A stretch of DNA of 63,137 bases, the filler included, from Choristocarpus tenellus KU-1152 (Eukaryota > Protista > Phaeophyceae), in NCBI GenBank assembly GCA_964200185.2. It is 9 parts of 9 records of this genome, joined end to end, with 100 filler letters (N's around TTAATTAATTAA, not from the genome) between each part and the next. Parts side by side here need not be neighbours in the genome. Positions count along the whole stretch, not along the records: positions 22,665 to 27,147 come from CAXNAD020014350.1; positions 27,248 to 30,789 come from CAXNAD020019369.1; positions 30,890 to 45,545 come from CAXNAD020001142.1; 6 more parts are not named here. One strand, written 5' to 3'. Shown piece by piece: positions 24,240 to 38,100 of the stretch. The notes under the pieces were generated by a model. It worked only from the letters and a program-made list of their open reading frames with translations, was not told the origin of the DNA and ran no database searches. Each line of letters starts with the position of its first letter. Position 1 is the first letter of the stretch. A program made the translations under genes and the position numbers.

Positions 24240-27147
24240 TGAACGCCAAAAGACCACAGACCTGGTCACCTCCAACCTCAGTGCGACGTGTACGATGGAC
24301 CTCGCCACATCTGACTTCTTGGCGCAGAGGTACAATGCCAACCTTCTCAACAACGGTAGAGTGGAGTCCATGTTGTCGAAGCTGGGGCCGGACCCAGAGG
24401 TCTAGGTCGCCGCCGATAGGCTTGCGGGGATGCTGAGTGGGCAACATTTTCACTGTGCTTGAGATTGAAAACCATAAGCGACTTTGAAGCCGACATACGC
24501 AGGGTAAATGTGCGCTCTACTGTGCCCGATGGAGAGCTACTTGAAAACTACATTGTCAATGGCAACCTGGACACAGACCATAATGGCGACAAGAGGGGTA
24601 TAGACGGCGACAACAACCTCCTGTTTTGTCTTAATGGACAACATCGCATAATGGTGTTGAGGACGATTGAGTGTGTCGCCAAGGAGGAGAACGTTCCATG
24701 TGGCATCAACCCCCCGGCCCACGTGACACCGCAATGGGACTCGGAAGTAGGGGCAAGCCTCCAAAGTGGACACCGCAGGACCTTCATGTGGAAGATATAT
24801 CCACATTGCAGCCGGGAAAAGGCTGAATCAAATCTCCACAGGAGAGAGCGTTGCAGCAAGCAGATCGCACGTGCCAAACATCCTAGACATATTCCATTGG
24901 ATGGTGTCTTGGGTTGCTGCTATCCTGGAGTATACGCGTGACTTCAGTTGTGACAGGTCCCACCCCTACGTCCAGGAAGCGGAAGAGGATTCTAATTGTC
25001 GTGAGCGCATTGCGACATTGGTCACCAAGTGCAGCCAGTATTGTCTAGATGACATAGACTTCCAGAGTACCGACACCGCATTACAGACGGCTATTAAGAG
25101 GAGGGTAGCTGCCAAGAAAAAGGCATTCCTCAAAGAAGCTTGGGAGGACACACACATGGAAACCAGGACGAGTAGACTCACCAACCAAATCTCCGTCCAG
25201 TTCTTCAACGCGATCGCCACCCTTGTGTACATATGCACGGGAGAAGGTGAGGTTCTCACGGCTCCTTCCACAGGAAACGATTCCTGAAACGATTGTGAAG
25301 CATCGCGTACTTTTCGTCGCCCATGCCCATATTAATTCCGCGTCGGCGATCCAACCAACCCGATCCCTTTCTTCCCCTCATTAAGTTCCACCAGAGATAA
25401 AAGAACTGGAGGAGATCCTTCTCGGTGTGTGGAGAAAGTGCAAGAAGCGCGACGGGTCAACTGTAAGCAGGGGGCAGCCATCTCCACATTTGTACATCCA
25501 ATTCCCCATCACTAATGGTCCAGCAACACCGTAGTAACCCTTACCTTCGCATATTGAGCTTGAATTGACGTCTTATACATGTGTATTGCTATAGACCTTA
25601 AGACATACGCCATCCACCAGCAGACCCACTCCTGCTCCCACGTTCTTCTGTCCTGACCATGTCACCTTATTCTCCACACACCCAACGCGCACCTGACTAG
25701 GAAAAATTCGACTTTAAAGCGGCTCACACGTTCACTGTGTTGTGGTACGCTAACCGGGACGCCACCATCAAACCCCTCAAGAACTGCGGGGGGTTCATAT
25801 ACTCCTACAGTTTGAAGGCGGGTTAAACACTCCCAACTATGCTGTCCCCATACGACGCCACAATTGACATAGGGCAGACAGTAATGAAGGAATTTGATGT
25901 GTTCTGTCGAACAGTAAAGGCCCATCAGTTTCCAAAGAACCCTAAGCTCGTAGGGTTCTGCTGTGCTACATGCATCCCCTGGTAACACTTCTCTGATCGA
26001 TGCACTGTTAACCTTAAATCATCTACATCCTCAAAGCTCGTTCTTTACCAGTCTCCTAACGATACACCATCGCACACTTGATGTACATGTAACTCACAAA
26101 CGAGGTCAAGGAGCAGTATTTCGCAAGAATGTGCACTGACGTCCTCGCTGGAGCTGGACTAGCCATCCTCAGAGGGGAGACCCCCCAAGGCCATCGCTGG
26201 CGCGACATTTTCGAGGTGGCTACGCACGTCTTCTCAGAGCAGGCAGCCAAAAAATAGCATAGTGACGCGCTCTCGTTGACGTATGTTGTCGGAACAGAGA
26301 CATATTCAGAGGAATTGGTAAGTCAAACTTTGACCCGCGACGATTCAAGTAACGTATAGATGTATATGCATTTACCCCCCTGCTGACCCTGCAACAGCTG
26401 CAATTTGTACCGTCTAGTTCGTGCCTCGCGAGAAAGACACCCATGTCATGCATGTGACTTACCGTTCCACTACCCATGTGCTTCTCCATGACAGTTCTCC
26501 CACACTCTAAGGGGCGTCCAAAACAAACGGCCCCCGGCCGACCAGGACAAGGGAAACAAGAAGACAAGAGGAAAGGGGAAGAAGAGTATATCAGGGGTCG
26601 GTGATCCAGACCCGGCGTCTGCCGCCTAGGCAGAGGAGGAGTAGGCGTCACAACCCTCGAACGTCAAATTGGCATGAGCCAAAATATCTTAGAGGGTAGG
26701 GCCGCGTCCATTTGGGGGGCCAAAATCCAATATTACGATTTTGACGTAATTTTGGCTATCATGTTTGTTAGAAAGTGTCAGTATCCTTGTTCGGGACACA
26801 CCTTTTCATAACATATACATTTTACCTACTCCGAAACATTTTGGAATAGGAAAATGTCATAAAAAAATCCATGGGAAGGGAAGCCTCACAAATGGACAAA
26901 CAGGGCAAAACTCGTACCCTCTAAGATACGTTCACTCCACACATAAGATGCATGCACACCAAGAATGTCCTCATCAAAGGGGCTGTCCTGGAGGTCGCCA
27001 TACAAGTTATGAACGACCTAAAAAGGAAAGACGAGCTCGGAGTAGACCCCTACGCCAATGACTCTTCAGCAGGGTCTTCAACAGAGGGTCCTCCAGCCAA
27101 AAAATACATCCTCAGTGACAAGGTAATCAACTGTGTTAAAGAAACTG
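24240..27147 (+). pseudogene. Spliced, decayed gene with an N-terminal ParB/Srx (DGQHR)-like domain
   Basis: QRYNANLLNNGRVESMLSKL (about 24326-24393) then LFCLNGQHRIMVLR (about 24621-24662) then FMWKIY. Coding-like text continues through 24766-25462, about 26052-26281 and about 26510-27147, with stops, frameshifts and a MITE at 26676. Confidence 0.5.
26676..26937 (-). mobile_element. MITE family A, full length, reverse orientation; flanks CAT/CAC
   Basis: GAGCCAAAATATCTTAGAGGGTA ... TACCCTCTAAGATACGTTCACTC; interior is the reverse complement of 21164-21422. Confidence 0.92.
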
Positions 27148-27247
27148 NNNNNNNNNNNNNNNNNNNNNNNNNNNNNNNNNNNNNNNNNNNNTTAATTAAT
27201 TAANNNNNNNNNNNNNNNNNNNNNNNNNNNNNNNNNNNNNNNNNNNN

Positions 27248-30200
27248 TCTCAGTGTTTTGACCATGATGGGATTTATCAGGTTTTCTCTTAAATTAGGTA
27301 ATACTGCATTCCCAGTTGAAGCTTTAGTGTTGCCCACTTTTGGACCTGATGATGTTCTGCTTGATAACAGTATTCTTGATGCTTTTGGAGCGACATATGA
27401 CTGGAACAAAGGTTATCATTCCAAAAAAGTACAACTGTCATACCTGCCATTCACAGTACTACCCCTTCTTTTGATATACCATCTCCTGTTCAAATAGCAG
27501 CTATACAAGCAAAAGTTCCTTCTACACCATTTCGTTTCAAGGAAAAAATTTCCATTCCACCAGAATCTGAAACGCTTGTATCTGCTGTAAGTGAGGAAAA
27601 CCCCGCTGTAACTTGTGATGCTGTTGTAGAACCACGTATCTGTTCATTTCATGATATTAATTCATTAAATATTATTGATCCTTGCCAATGTATTGCTGTT
27701 GCTCGAACAGTTACAACATGGGATTCTGATGATGGATCAGGAGTGGTACAAATTACTAATATGTCCTCACAAACAGTTCATTTACCCAAGAACACTTTAC
27801 TTAGTCACATCTACCCTGCAAACATAATCAACACCAATCACACTATTTCTGCAACACCTCTATCCGGACCTGATCGAGAGCGTCTTGATAATGTGTTGAA
27901 ACTTGCTTTTATCAACACTACTTTCTTTTCATCTCAAAAACAAGAAACTCTGAATCTTTGTGCTAAATTCCGTTCAGTATTCTCCCTCGATACCTCTGAA
28001 TTGGGAACTTGCACCATTGCACAAGCCGATTTTCCTCTCGAACCAGGTACCAGACCGATTAGTTGAGCACCATACCGTACCAATCCACAAGTGAGAGGTA
28101 CTATTGATAAATGTATTGATGATTTACAAAACCAAGGATTAATTGAACCTTGTTCTAGCCCATGGGGCTTCCCTGTTACTATTGTCACTAAAGCAGATGG
28201 GACCCCAAGATTCTGCATTGATTATCGGAGGACTATAAATAAACACCTAATTAAACGTTCTTGGCCCATGCCTTTAGCTGAAGAACATCTTGATTCCATT
28301 GGTGCAGCAAAATTTATTTCTGTTGCAGATGTTCAATCAGCGTATCATCAGATTTCTGAGGCGGAAGCAGACATTGATAAGAGGCAAGTTTGTATGGAAG
28401 CGACTTCCTTTTTGGTTTGAGCAACGCTCCATTTATTTCTCAACGTATGATGGCTCGAGCTTGTCCACTTGGCAACACCATATAACCTTGCTCGAAAAGC
28501 TTTTTAATGCCCTTCAGAATGCTGGCTTCACTTTAAAACCTTCTAAATTGAAGTTGTACCTGATGCCCTTTCTCGTCTTTTTGATAGTGAGATTGATCGT
28601 ATGCCAAAAGTACTTTCTCCTATTTGTAGGAATATTCCGGAAAACACTATTTCAAATGCGGTAACCCCACGTCAAGCATACGAAATATATCCAGACCGCC
28701 TTCATGAATTATATATAATTCAGAGTGACCGTGAACTTTTAGTAGTTCAGTGAACATCTTTCCAACTTTAGACCACACCAAAATTCGGGACGCACAAATG
28801 AACCAATTTTCTCTTCACTTTGCGTATTTACAAGCCCCCGATTCAGTGTCTTTACCTCCCCGGGAATCGAGGTATAGCATGTCATTTTTTATGTTGATGC
28901 GGACACTAACTTGCTTTACCGATCATATTTTCCAAGGCATATACGCAAACATCGTGCTTTTCGTGGTCAATTAGTAGTTCCAAAAGAATTACAATCTTTG
29001 GTTCTTGCATGCTTGCCATGATCATCCCGCTTCAGGGGGTCATTTTGGTCTTTCTCATACTCTGGGCAAGGTACGAGACCGATATTGGTGGCCTATGTTT
29101 CAAAAAGATGTTAGAGAGTGGTGTGAAAGATGTCAACTTTGCCAAAGACGAAAAACCTCTCCTACATTACCTCAAGGACAAATTCCTACCACTCGACCAT
29201 TTGAACGGATTGCTGTCGATCTTGTACAGTATAAAAACCATTTCCCGTGGTTGCCATTATGTTCTTTCGACTATTTGTCAGTTGACACGCTTTGCTTTTC
29301 TCATTCCCATTCCAGACAAACAAGAAGTGACCATTGCCAAAGTTTTGTTTGAAATAATATTTTCAATATTTGGGGCACCCGAAATCCTTCACTCTGACCA
29401 AGGTTCGGAATTTGAAAATAAATTTGTTCTGGAATTGCAGACAGTGTTTGGGCACCGTAAAACTCGAACCACACCCAACAGACCTCAGGGTAACTCTGTC
29501 TTAGAGCGTGTTCATCCTACTTTGCATCAAATGCTATCCATGTACAGTAACATTGCAGAGAATAATTGGGCGACTGTTGTTCCATTTCTTCAATTGGCTC
29601 ACAATACGGCATACAATACCACATTACAAGAAACACCTTTCTTCCTACTTTTTCGACGCCGGCCAATTTTACCGATAGATGTTCTTTTTGGTCTACAGTA
29701 TCTAAAACAACAGTTGCACAATCTAGCCAAGTGTTTACTCAAACAACAGCTGAGAATATACAGTTAGCTTTTGAATTAGCCCGTCGCAATCTGGGAGAAT
29801 GGAATGCTAAGAAAATTGCTAACTACGAAACTCTTGCTTTCCCTGTGTTTCAAGTTGGAGCTCAAGTTTTGGTGCATCGTCCACATACTGATCGTGACGG
29901 ACCTAATCCAAAACTGATTCATCCTTGGCGTGGACCTTTCACTGTCACCGCTAAGATTTCTCCTGTAGTTTACTGTGTTCGTAAACAGGGTGACATCAAA
30001 GACATTTCTGTTCATTTAGCCCACTTGAAACCTTACATTCCAAACACACAACCACCTGAACCTGATTTTATGAAACTCAGTGAATTTTTTCTTGGCCGAA
30101 CTTTACCCTTACCAGATCTGGATGATTTAGAATCCCCGATAAACCATTGGTCCTTACATTATTGAAGCGATTGTGAGACACAAGTTTTGGCCGTGGACCT

Positions 30201-30390
30201 CGTTCACCTATGAACATAGAATATAGATTACGTCTTAAAGGCTATGACCGTGCTTCTTCTGATGTATTCTATCGTCCACGTGATTTGCCACAATGTGCAA
30301 ATATGATTGCTGCATATAGGAAACAACATTGTCTGGATACATCTCATTCCAACATGCAACCTTCGACGGTTATCAATTCTGATCAATGAA
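27248..30390 (+). pseudogene. Ty3/Gypsy (chromovirus-like) pol pseudogene with internal deletions
   Basis: Protease tail (DVLLDNSILDAFG), RT (IEPCSSPWGFPVTIVTKADGTPRFCIDYR; DVQSAYHQI), integrase zinc finger (HDHPASGGHFG...RYWWP...CQLCQ), rve (PFERIAVD; LHSDQGSEF; PQGNSVLER), GPF motif (WRGPF), chromodomain (IEYRLRLKGYD). Many frameshifts. Confidence 0.95.
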
Positions 30391-31108
30391 AAAGTTTCCA
30401 TACTTCATTGAATTTTCTACTGAAGGTAGTATATACATACATATTTTTTCAAATATATATCTGCTGCAAATTTTATTTGTGTTTCAGACAATGATTGGTT
30501 ACACATATATATCTTTTGATATGTATGTCACATGGATGTCTATTAGTCCATATCAACTTTGGATAAGTTGAATTTTTTTTGTACATGTGCACCCATGTAT
30601 GAACAGCGGAGACCCGAGTTCATTTATTTCCAAATGACTCTTGCACACTTTTTTTATTTCATTTTTCTTTTCTTTCATTTCTTTTCTTTTTCAGGAGGAC
30701 AACTGTTTTGATGAACAGTTATTTCAGTGATGGTGTATGGCCAACTCCATCCCCGTGTTTATCCACGGTTCACAATTGAGTTTCTTTTTNNNNNNNNNNN
30801 NNNNNNNNNNNNNNNNNNNNNNNNNNNNNNNNNTTAATTAATTAANNNNNNNNNNNNNNNNNNNNNNNNNNNNNNNNNNNNNNNNNNNNCATGATTCCTC
30901 ATCGCTAGTAGTCTACGCATTTTGCCTACATGTACGATGCATTCAATTTAGGTTTCAACAGGTTATGAGCCTCACACGATCCCCCTTCGCACCAACAGTC
31001 TGTCGTCCCCGACACAAAGCCCACCTTCTCGGGGAAAGAACTGCAAGCTGATTGAGGAAGATTCGACCGGATTTGTTCTTCCTCCAGGTCATGAGGGGCT
31101 CCTGAGGG

Positions 31109-32268
31109 GTGTGGGGTCTAAATTGGCAAAATAGTTTGAAGTGGGAGAGAGACACCCTAGATGGGTGTCGGGCGTGCGTCAAAGAACAATTAGAAAGGGG
31201 GAATATCGTCTCCCTGAAATCACAAGCACGATCTGGACGACTGTCGGACTTTATGCCAATGAAACAAGCGAAGATCTGGGAAATCAACGCTAGTAATTGC
31301 AAGGTGACTATCAACCAACTTTCCGCCAAGCTCACCGTAGCAGGCCTCGCAGTAAGCAACTCAAAGCTTCATTGTTGGCACGAAGTCATGGGGGTAACGA
31401 GGGTTGAGTGGTGTGTGTCACCCCTAGCCTTTTGTTTTCTCATAAGAAGGATAGGGTGGACTTCATCCTCAACCAGATCTCCCACAACCACAAAACCTAC
31501 AGGACTGGCCTCAAAGTCGTTCACATGGACAAGGCGTGGTTCTACCTCATACGTGAGATATGGGGGAGGATAAGGTGGGCTCGGCGAAGGTGCAGCACAA
31601 GAGTCACATTCCCAAAGTGATGTTCAGCTATCCTTCACATGATTTTAACGGCAAGATCGGGATCTGGTGGGTTTGCGTCATGAAGGAGGTGCAACGGACT
31701 AGAGTGTGGCACATGAAGGGCGAGGAGTATGAGGTCAATGTCACCATTAACACTGAGTGGTACCTGCAGTGGTACACGGAGCATCAGTTGCCAGCGATTA
31801 AGGAAAAAATGCCATGGCCGGCAATGGGAGGGGCCTCCATACAGCATGACAGCATTGCCCCGCATATGGGCAAGGGCACAGTGCAGAAGCTGAACGCAGC
31901 AGAGATGGTGGAGGGATACAATTTTAAGCTCGTGATGCAGCCAGTGCAGTCGCAACATCAATGATTTGGGGCATTTTGCATCTCTGAAGAGCAGGATTTG
32001 GACAGAGCGTTATGGCACTGTTGATGAACTTGTGGAGGGGGTTTCAAGCATGTTCCACACGTACAATGCAGACACGCTCGAGAGGGTGTGGCAGAGTCTG
32101 TTTAAGACGTACAATCGTGTGTAAAGGGCACTGTGGGGGAACGATTTTGATATAGAGCACACCAGGAACAACAAGAAGACAGCGGGAGGATGGGTAGGCT
32201 AGATCAGTCAAAGTAGACTAAGCGTCCTCCATGGCGGCCCTGGATTGGTGGGTTGACGGTGTCCAATA
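31109..32268 (+). pseudogene. Tc1/mariner transposase pseudogene, plant/oomycete DD39D-like
   Basis: VHMDKAWFYL (D1), VQHKSHIPKVMF, FNGKIGIW, IQHDSIAPH (D2), QPVQS..NINDLGHFASLK (D3, partly deleted), TLERVWQSL, GNDF. Frameshifted. Confidence 0.9.
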
Positions 32269-32799
32269 AAGGTGAGACATAGTTCTTTAATGTAAAATAT
32301 TCCAAGGAACCCAACGCAAAGGTCCGTATTGTAATCGGAGGTCATCCCGAAGAGCTACAACCTAACGGCCCGGACCTATGAGACAGAGAGAGTAGAAAAG
32401 AGTAGCGACGAGCCTTTGACTACTGACAGCCTTTGTGTCGCTTTACTCTATGGAACGTTGTACTGTAGGGTCAATAATCTTCTAGAGAGAATGCCAGCTA
32501 TGTAAATGAGGGAAAAATGTTGGTCTCAAATTAGAACTACATGTTGATATTCATACCACTGACCGTTGGACTTCATCCATGGAGGGAGACAGGGGTACAG
32601 GTCAAAATATAATATTTTTCTGTGGGCTGTTGATCTCCTCTAGGTAGAAGCATATTCTTTCACAACTCTTTCCTCCCTTTCAAAGTTTGTACAAGATGTA
32701 GGTAAGTTGGCTCTCTCCAATTTCACCGACTTACAGTGTACTTCACCATTTAAAATATACTCTTTGTGAAGTGCCCACTGAGGTAGGTGTCTCATTTAT

Positions 32800-34200
32800 C
32801 TACAAAGGAGAGATCAAACTATGGTGTAGAAAATAACAGTTCGGTCTTGAAGCAAGAGATGTAGCAGCTAGCTCTTGAAAAATTAATAATTCTTCTGATA
32901 TACAGCCTATGGGAGACTCTTGGAGGCATAGTGGGTACTCCAAGCTCCCCCCCTCCGTAGATCGGAAAAAATCCCCATAGAATATGCTCTTCCCTCCAAA
33001 AATCAACCACCTGCCATTGTGTTCCAAATGTAAAAGTCCCTCCACTGGAATACAATGTTGTCGCTACCATTCAGAGAACATCCAAACTACCCCAATGTGC
33101 GTTTGAACAAGGTGCACCTACCAGCAGACCACAATGCAGAGGTAGCAACACACCATGGTTATTTCCCATGTAGAGTGAGGAAATTTCACTGGTACAGGAC
33201 CTGTCGGTTGGCAGTTCTTGCTGTGAAGGTGCATAGTCCGGTCAAGAAGGGTAGTACCACGCCTCTTCTCCTTTGTCCTGCTCTCTAGAACAAAGACTCC
33301 TCCTAAGCTGTCTTGGACTGAAGGGTGATCACTGTCGCTAAACCCTTTTGTCTGGCCTGTCATTCACAGCAACTGCACAAGAAATATATTCTAGATTATC
33401 TCTGGCAGCAGGAGCACTCTCTGGAAGGAAATCTAGTCGCCAGCTCTGTGCAACCTGGGATGTATCATCCCTGCTAGAGCCCTAAAGGCCCCTTCAACAA
33501 ATTTGAGAACATCTCCTTACAGCATTGACTCACCATCCTTCATACCGTCCTCTCCCAACCTAACCTTGTCACCAGTCTCACCCTTGCCCTTCCCCTCCCT
33601 GACAATTGTTCCTGATGTCTTTCTCCCAGTACCAATGCCATTCCCCTCACCACTGGACAAGTTGTTAGTTCCTGATGCCTTCATGTTTCCCTCCTGCCTT
33701 CAAGCTCCTTGTCAAACTCCTCGCTTTGCATCTCCAGCAGGAATCGGTGAAGGAGCCACCTTCCCTCTTCCTTGACCGGTGGCAGGAAAATATTTCCCAG
33801 ATCAGCATTGCCCTGAGATATACTACTCCCATTTTGCACTCTGTTTGTTCTGTGCGAAGCTAGATATCCATTCCTCTGCTGTTGTGTGCTTTGCCCCTCC
33901 GTCACCTCTACCACCCCGCCTCTATTTTGGCTCATCCCCTCATCCCCTCCCCAGTCCCCAATTTTGCCTTCGTTGAGTGGATCACCACTGCCCATCCTCG
34001 AGGATAGTCCATATTGTGGGATCAACCCTGAACGTCTAATGGCAAGTGAGCGGCGCATGCTACGTTGAAGAATGATTGTTGCCAAAACTTTCCGTATATC
34101 GATGGGACGATACACACCTCCTCCTGTGGTGGGTCCAGAATTTCGTTCGTCATCGGAAAGAAGTGCTGCCCCCAGCCCAAGCAGCACCTGCACAGTCAGT
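32800..34200 (-). pseudogene. Degenerate CRE-like non-LTR retrotransposon RT region
   Basis: GGGVYRPIDIRKVLATIILQR...LIPQYGLSSRMG resembles GGVRPIAIGEVLRR...LxPxQxGVG of CRE-type RTs. The rest is heavily decayed and boundaries are approximate. Confidence 0.55.
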
Positions 34201-35130
34201 GTAACGTATTAGAGTCGCCGCAACATGTAGGGGGACTTGATACTTGATATATACAGAACCACTGATGCTGTTTATTTTAATTAATTCCTTTAACCATTTG
34301 ATTGTATAAATGGAAGCAATTTCAAGGATCATCTAGGAGATGTGCCAAGATTTTTTCATTTGCAAAAAAATTAAGTTGAATAGGTTAGAGATGAGGGTTG
34401 AGAAACGACTGTTCACCTGCAGAATAGTCCTGTATGTCACACTGATTCACGAGACGTATTTGGTCCTCATATCTATACTACCTCATATACATTGTTGATA
34501 TTAATAGTAACAATCCAATGTGACATGGTCAATGGTGGGTGAATTGGGCATTTCACATTGGCTGAGGATGAGGCATACCTACAACACACACTTCTACAGA
34601 AAAACACTCCTGGTGCTGTTTCATTCACGAGGACCAAATTTAGGACAGAAAGATATATATTTTTTTGTCTCCACATCTCCTATGTGATCTTCAGGTTCTA
34701 TACACCATAATTTTCATGATGACTTGAAGAGGTGTTTGAGGCTTATTCAGGAGTCCAATCGTCAAAGAAATTGCACCCCATAACACTTTCCCTAAGCAAT
34801 GGGTGAAAATCGTCTGAACTGGGTTATGCCCTTAGTGCCTATAGTCTCCTTGTAGTCCTCTATTGATGTGGGTGCCCAATGTAGTTTTCAACCTTGAGGT
34901 AGCTATACTCGTATATTAATTGATTGAAGTCTCCTGGCATGCAAGAGTAAGATATGTAAATACACCTATCGGGTAAGGGATATCATTAGTAAAAAAGTAA
35001 CTGCATCTCCGTCCCTTACAAAGGTGCTGAGAATTTATATCGGCATCAATAGACTCCTGCTCTACTTCGTCTTGGGAGGTGTTGATTTTGTGCTGCTGAT
35101 TGAGGCTATTGCGGAAGTTTTTTCATGTTC

Positions 35131-38100
35131 TCATTCAACAGGTACTTCTATATATGGCATGAAGGATGGCGACAATTGAAAGGCTGAATTCACCTGAGTG
35201 AATTGGAAGTCAAAGTTGGGATAGGCCTTGAGCAATGATAGGTATCGTCCAGCACGAGGTATGCTTCCCTCTGCCCCAAGTGGCTTTTTGAGCTGCAATA
35301 GGAACTGTAGTAGGATGTCAGCAAAATGAATCATACACTGTCTCCTCAGAATTTAATATCTGTGTTTGTGAGTCACATGTTCTTGGTATGGAGGGGACCA
35401 TGGATCTTACAGATATTTGCTGGACTCAGCAAGCCTACCAATCTTTGCACATCCTTGATAGACGAGATCAGAGCAGACAACAGGAGTTCCATTGTGGATA
35501 CTTCTTGTTGGCAGTGTACAGTATGACCTGGGAGTTGGACAAAATATGCCTGTGCTATATGGTTGATTTGATGCACCCTCAAGAAGTTTACGCCTGGGTT
35601 TTACTCAGGTGGGAGGGTGAGGTTAGTCTGTGCGTTTGCAGTCCCTTGTGGTTGTAAAAGTGTGGAACATCTTCCTTTGGTGTAAAAGTTGGGACCTACA
35701 TCTCTATGCTTCCATCCATAGAGACAAATCGGAGCTATAAACGCTTGACTTGTCATTTTCTGGTCGAATGAGACAAGAAGAGATAGGCATGTATGGAGAG
35801 CATAAGGAACTTGGTCTCTTCAATAGTGTTGTACACTAGGGCATACCTAAACTGTTTATGGAAACTTCAACGGGAGGAGTGCTTGTTGTTTTCTTACCGA
35901 AAACATATGCTTTGCATGTATACAACCATGGCCCTCTGGATCGAATGTTGACCAAAGCTCCTGGAATTGTGGGAGCTGCTCCTCGAGGTCACGCCTTTCC
36001 ACGGCATTCAGCACCTGTAATGTGGGCATAAATCAAGGTGAGCCAAGGGGCAAGAAAAGGGGAAGATTATGGGGTGAAGGGATGAATACAGGGAAGAAAT
36101 GAAGTAATTATTTAGGGGGCATCTCATCTGAAGAAGAAAATATCTTCCCTTCATATGCATGTCCGGAGGCTTTGAACATGTCTTTGACTATGATCTCAGT
36201 CTTGGTTGTGGCAGCAAACTCAACAGTTGTATTGCAATAAAAAAAGTGTCCAGCGTATTTTTTCTCTCTTTGTTGAAAGACTACTAAAGTAATGATAATG
36301 TGGAAAGTGTCAGGTCAAGAGTTCGTTGATGCAATAGGATGTTGTTCAGCTACTCTTAGAATATAGCTATAGTAAGTGCAAATGTTTTAATGGCTATGAG
36401 GCAATTGATCGGCAGGCAGGCAATAAACCTAGTAAGTCAAAAAGACTATCACGGGAAAATCGAAAAAGAAAGCTTGTGTTTGGCTCCTAGCATTTGGGTG
36501 GGTCATGTAATCGAAAGTGCGACTTTGGTGAGATGTGGGTGAGGGTATGCTGGGCGATGTGCAAGTTGCTGATCAATTGGGCTATGATATTAAGCAGAAG
36601 AATGATGCAGCAAGTTCAATACGGAGTATGGCAAGTTGTTTGCTGCTTTCAGTAGATGGAAAGCGCAAGTGATTGATTCTTGGGCCTTTGGGCAAGGCCA
36701 CCTCAGTCTATTTTGGCAGTTGGTGTTCAGGGCACAAAACTGAACCCGTAAGAGTGTCAGGGGTTATAATCTTTCTGAGGCATTTGCTCACCTCAAATGT
36801 CTCGACAATGACCATTATGAAGAGGTTGGTGAGCACAAACTGCATGATTCTGGAGGCAAGCATTGGGATTTACCAATGGATTAGATCATGATCCAAAATA
36901 GGGAATATGACACCTTGGTTTTGAGAGGGGTTAAGCTTCATCGCATAGGCTTTGCTTAAGAAAACATGTTATGTGTATATTTGTTATGATAATATATGTT
37001 ATGTGAATGCACGTTATGTGTATATACTTCTACATGAGACTTGAATGGCACCCTGCTTATTGCAAGGTATAGGATAACGCGAAGTTAGCTCCAGCACACC
37101 ATGTGCGCAATTGTAGAATGCTTACATTACAAAAGAGACAAAGTAAGTCATGACCACTGCCTCTGGAAGAGATGATTTTGTAGACACTTTGGATGCCAAT
37201 TCCGACCAAGCCTCCCCAGTAGCAAGGATGAAAAGGAGCTGCATTGAACGCCACACAGATGAAAAATCTTGGTAAATGTTGACTGTAGACTGCAATATAC
37301 AAGAATGAATGAGGGAATGGGAGTGGTACAAGATCAAGACAAAATGATACAAAGTAGTACGTATACTTTGTTACAATATGTCCCAGGAAAGAGGAGATCC
37401 AGTGGTGGGGTGACTCTATGTGGGTTCAAGCCTCGCAGATATATGTTCCTCTCTCCTGCCTTCTCTGATCATTGTTGCCCACCTGCAGATCTACTTCATT
37501 GAAGAGGGCAACACCAATGTTTGCAAACATGTAGATGCCAATGCAAAGCATGATGAAGACGTTGGCAAGAGTATGTATTGAGTAGGTGCACACAGTGAGG
37601 ATCTGATCAAAGCCAGGTAGATATGTAGATAGGCGAATCACCCGGAACACACGCAGACTTCGAACCAGTCGCGGGAGAACGATGTGCCTAAAATAGAGAG
37701 GGAAGAAACGAGAGTCTGCGGTGTTAGAGGTAGATGAAGAGGGACAAGGAGTAGAGGAGGTGTTGGCGACTCAATTCTTACATTATAAACACTTGGCCGC
37801 AGCTTTATTCCATCAACTGCCAAGGAAAGTGAATCTCTCTGTGCTCCTGATAATTGGAGCATCATAACATTCAGGTGCAAGATTAATCTGAGGGCACGAT
37901 TGCAGGTGCTATCATGTTGGATTGATCCTCATACTAAACAATTCAGGTTCCGCAGTGACCTGCTCTGATGTCCTGAGCTGCGGTGCAATACTCTCTCACC
38001 GTGATGTCCATTATGGTAGCCCTCATGAGAGGTTCGAATAGATTATTCTAACCTTTCCAGGCTATTTACATTCGCGAGACTACTCTGGGATACTCACTGT

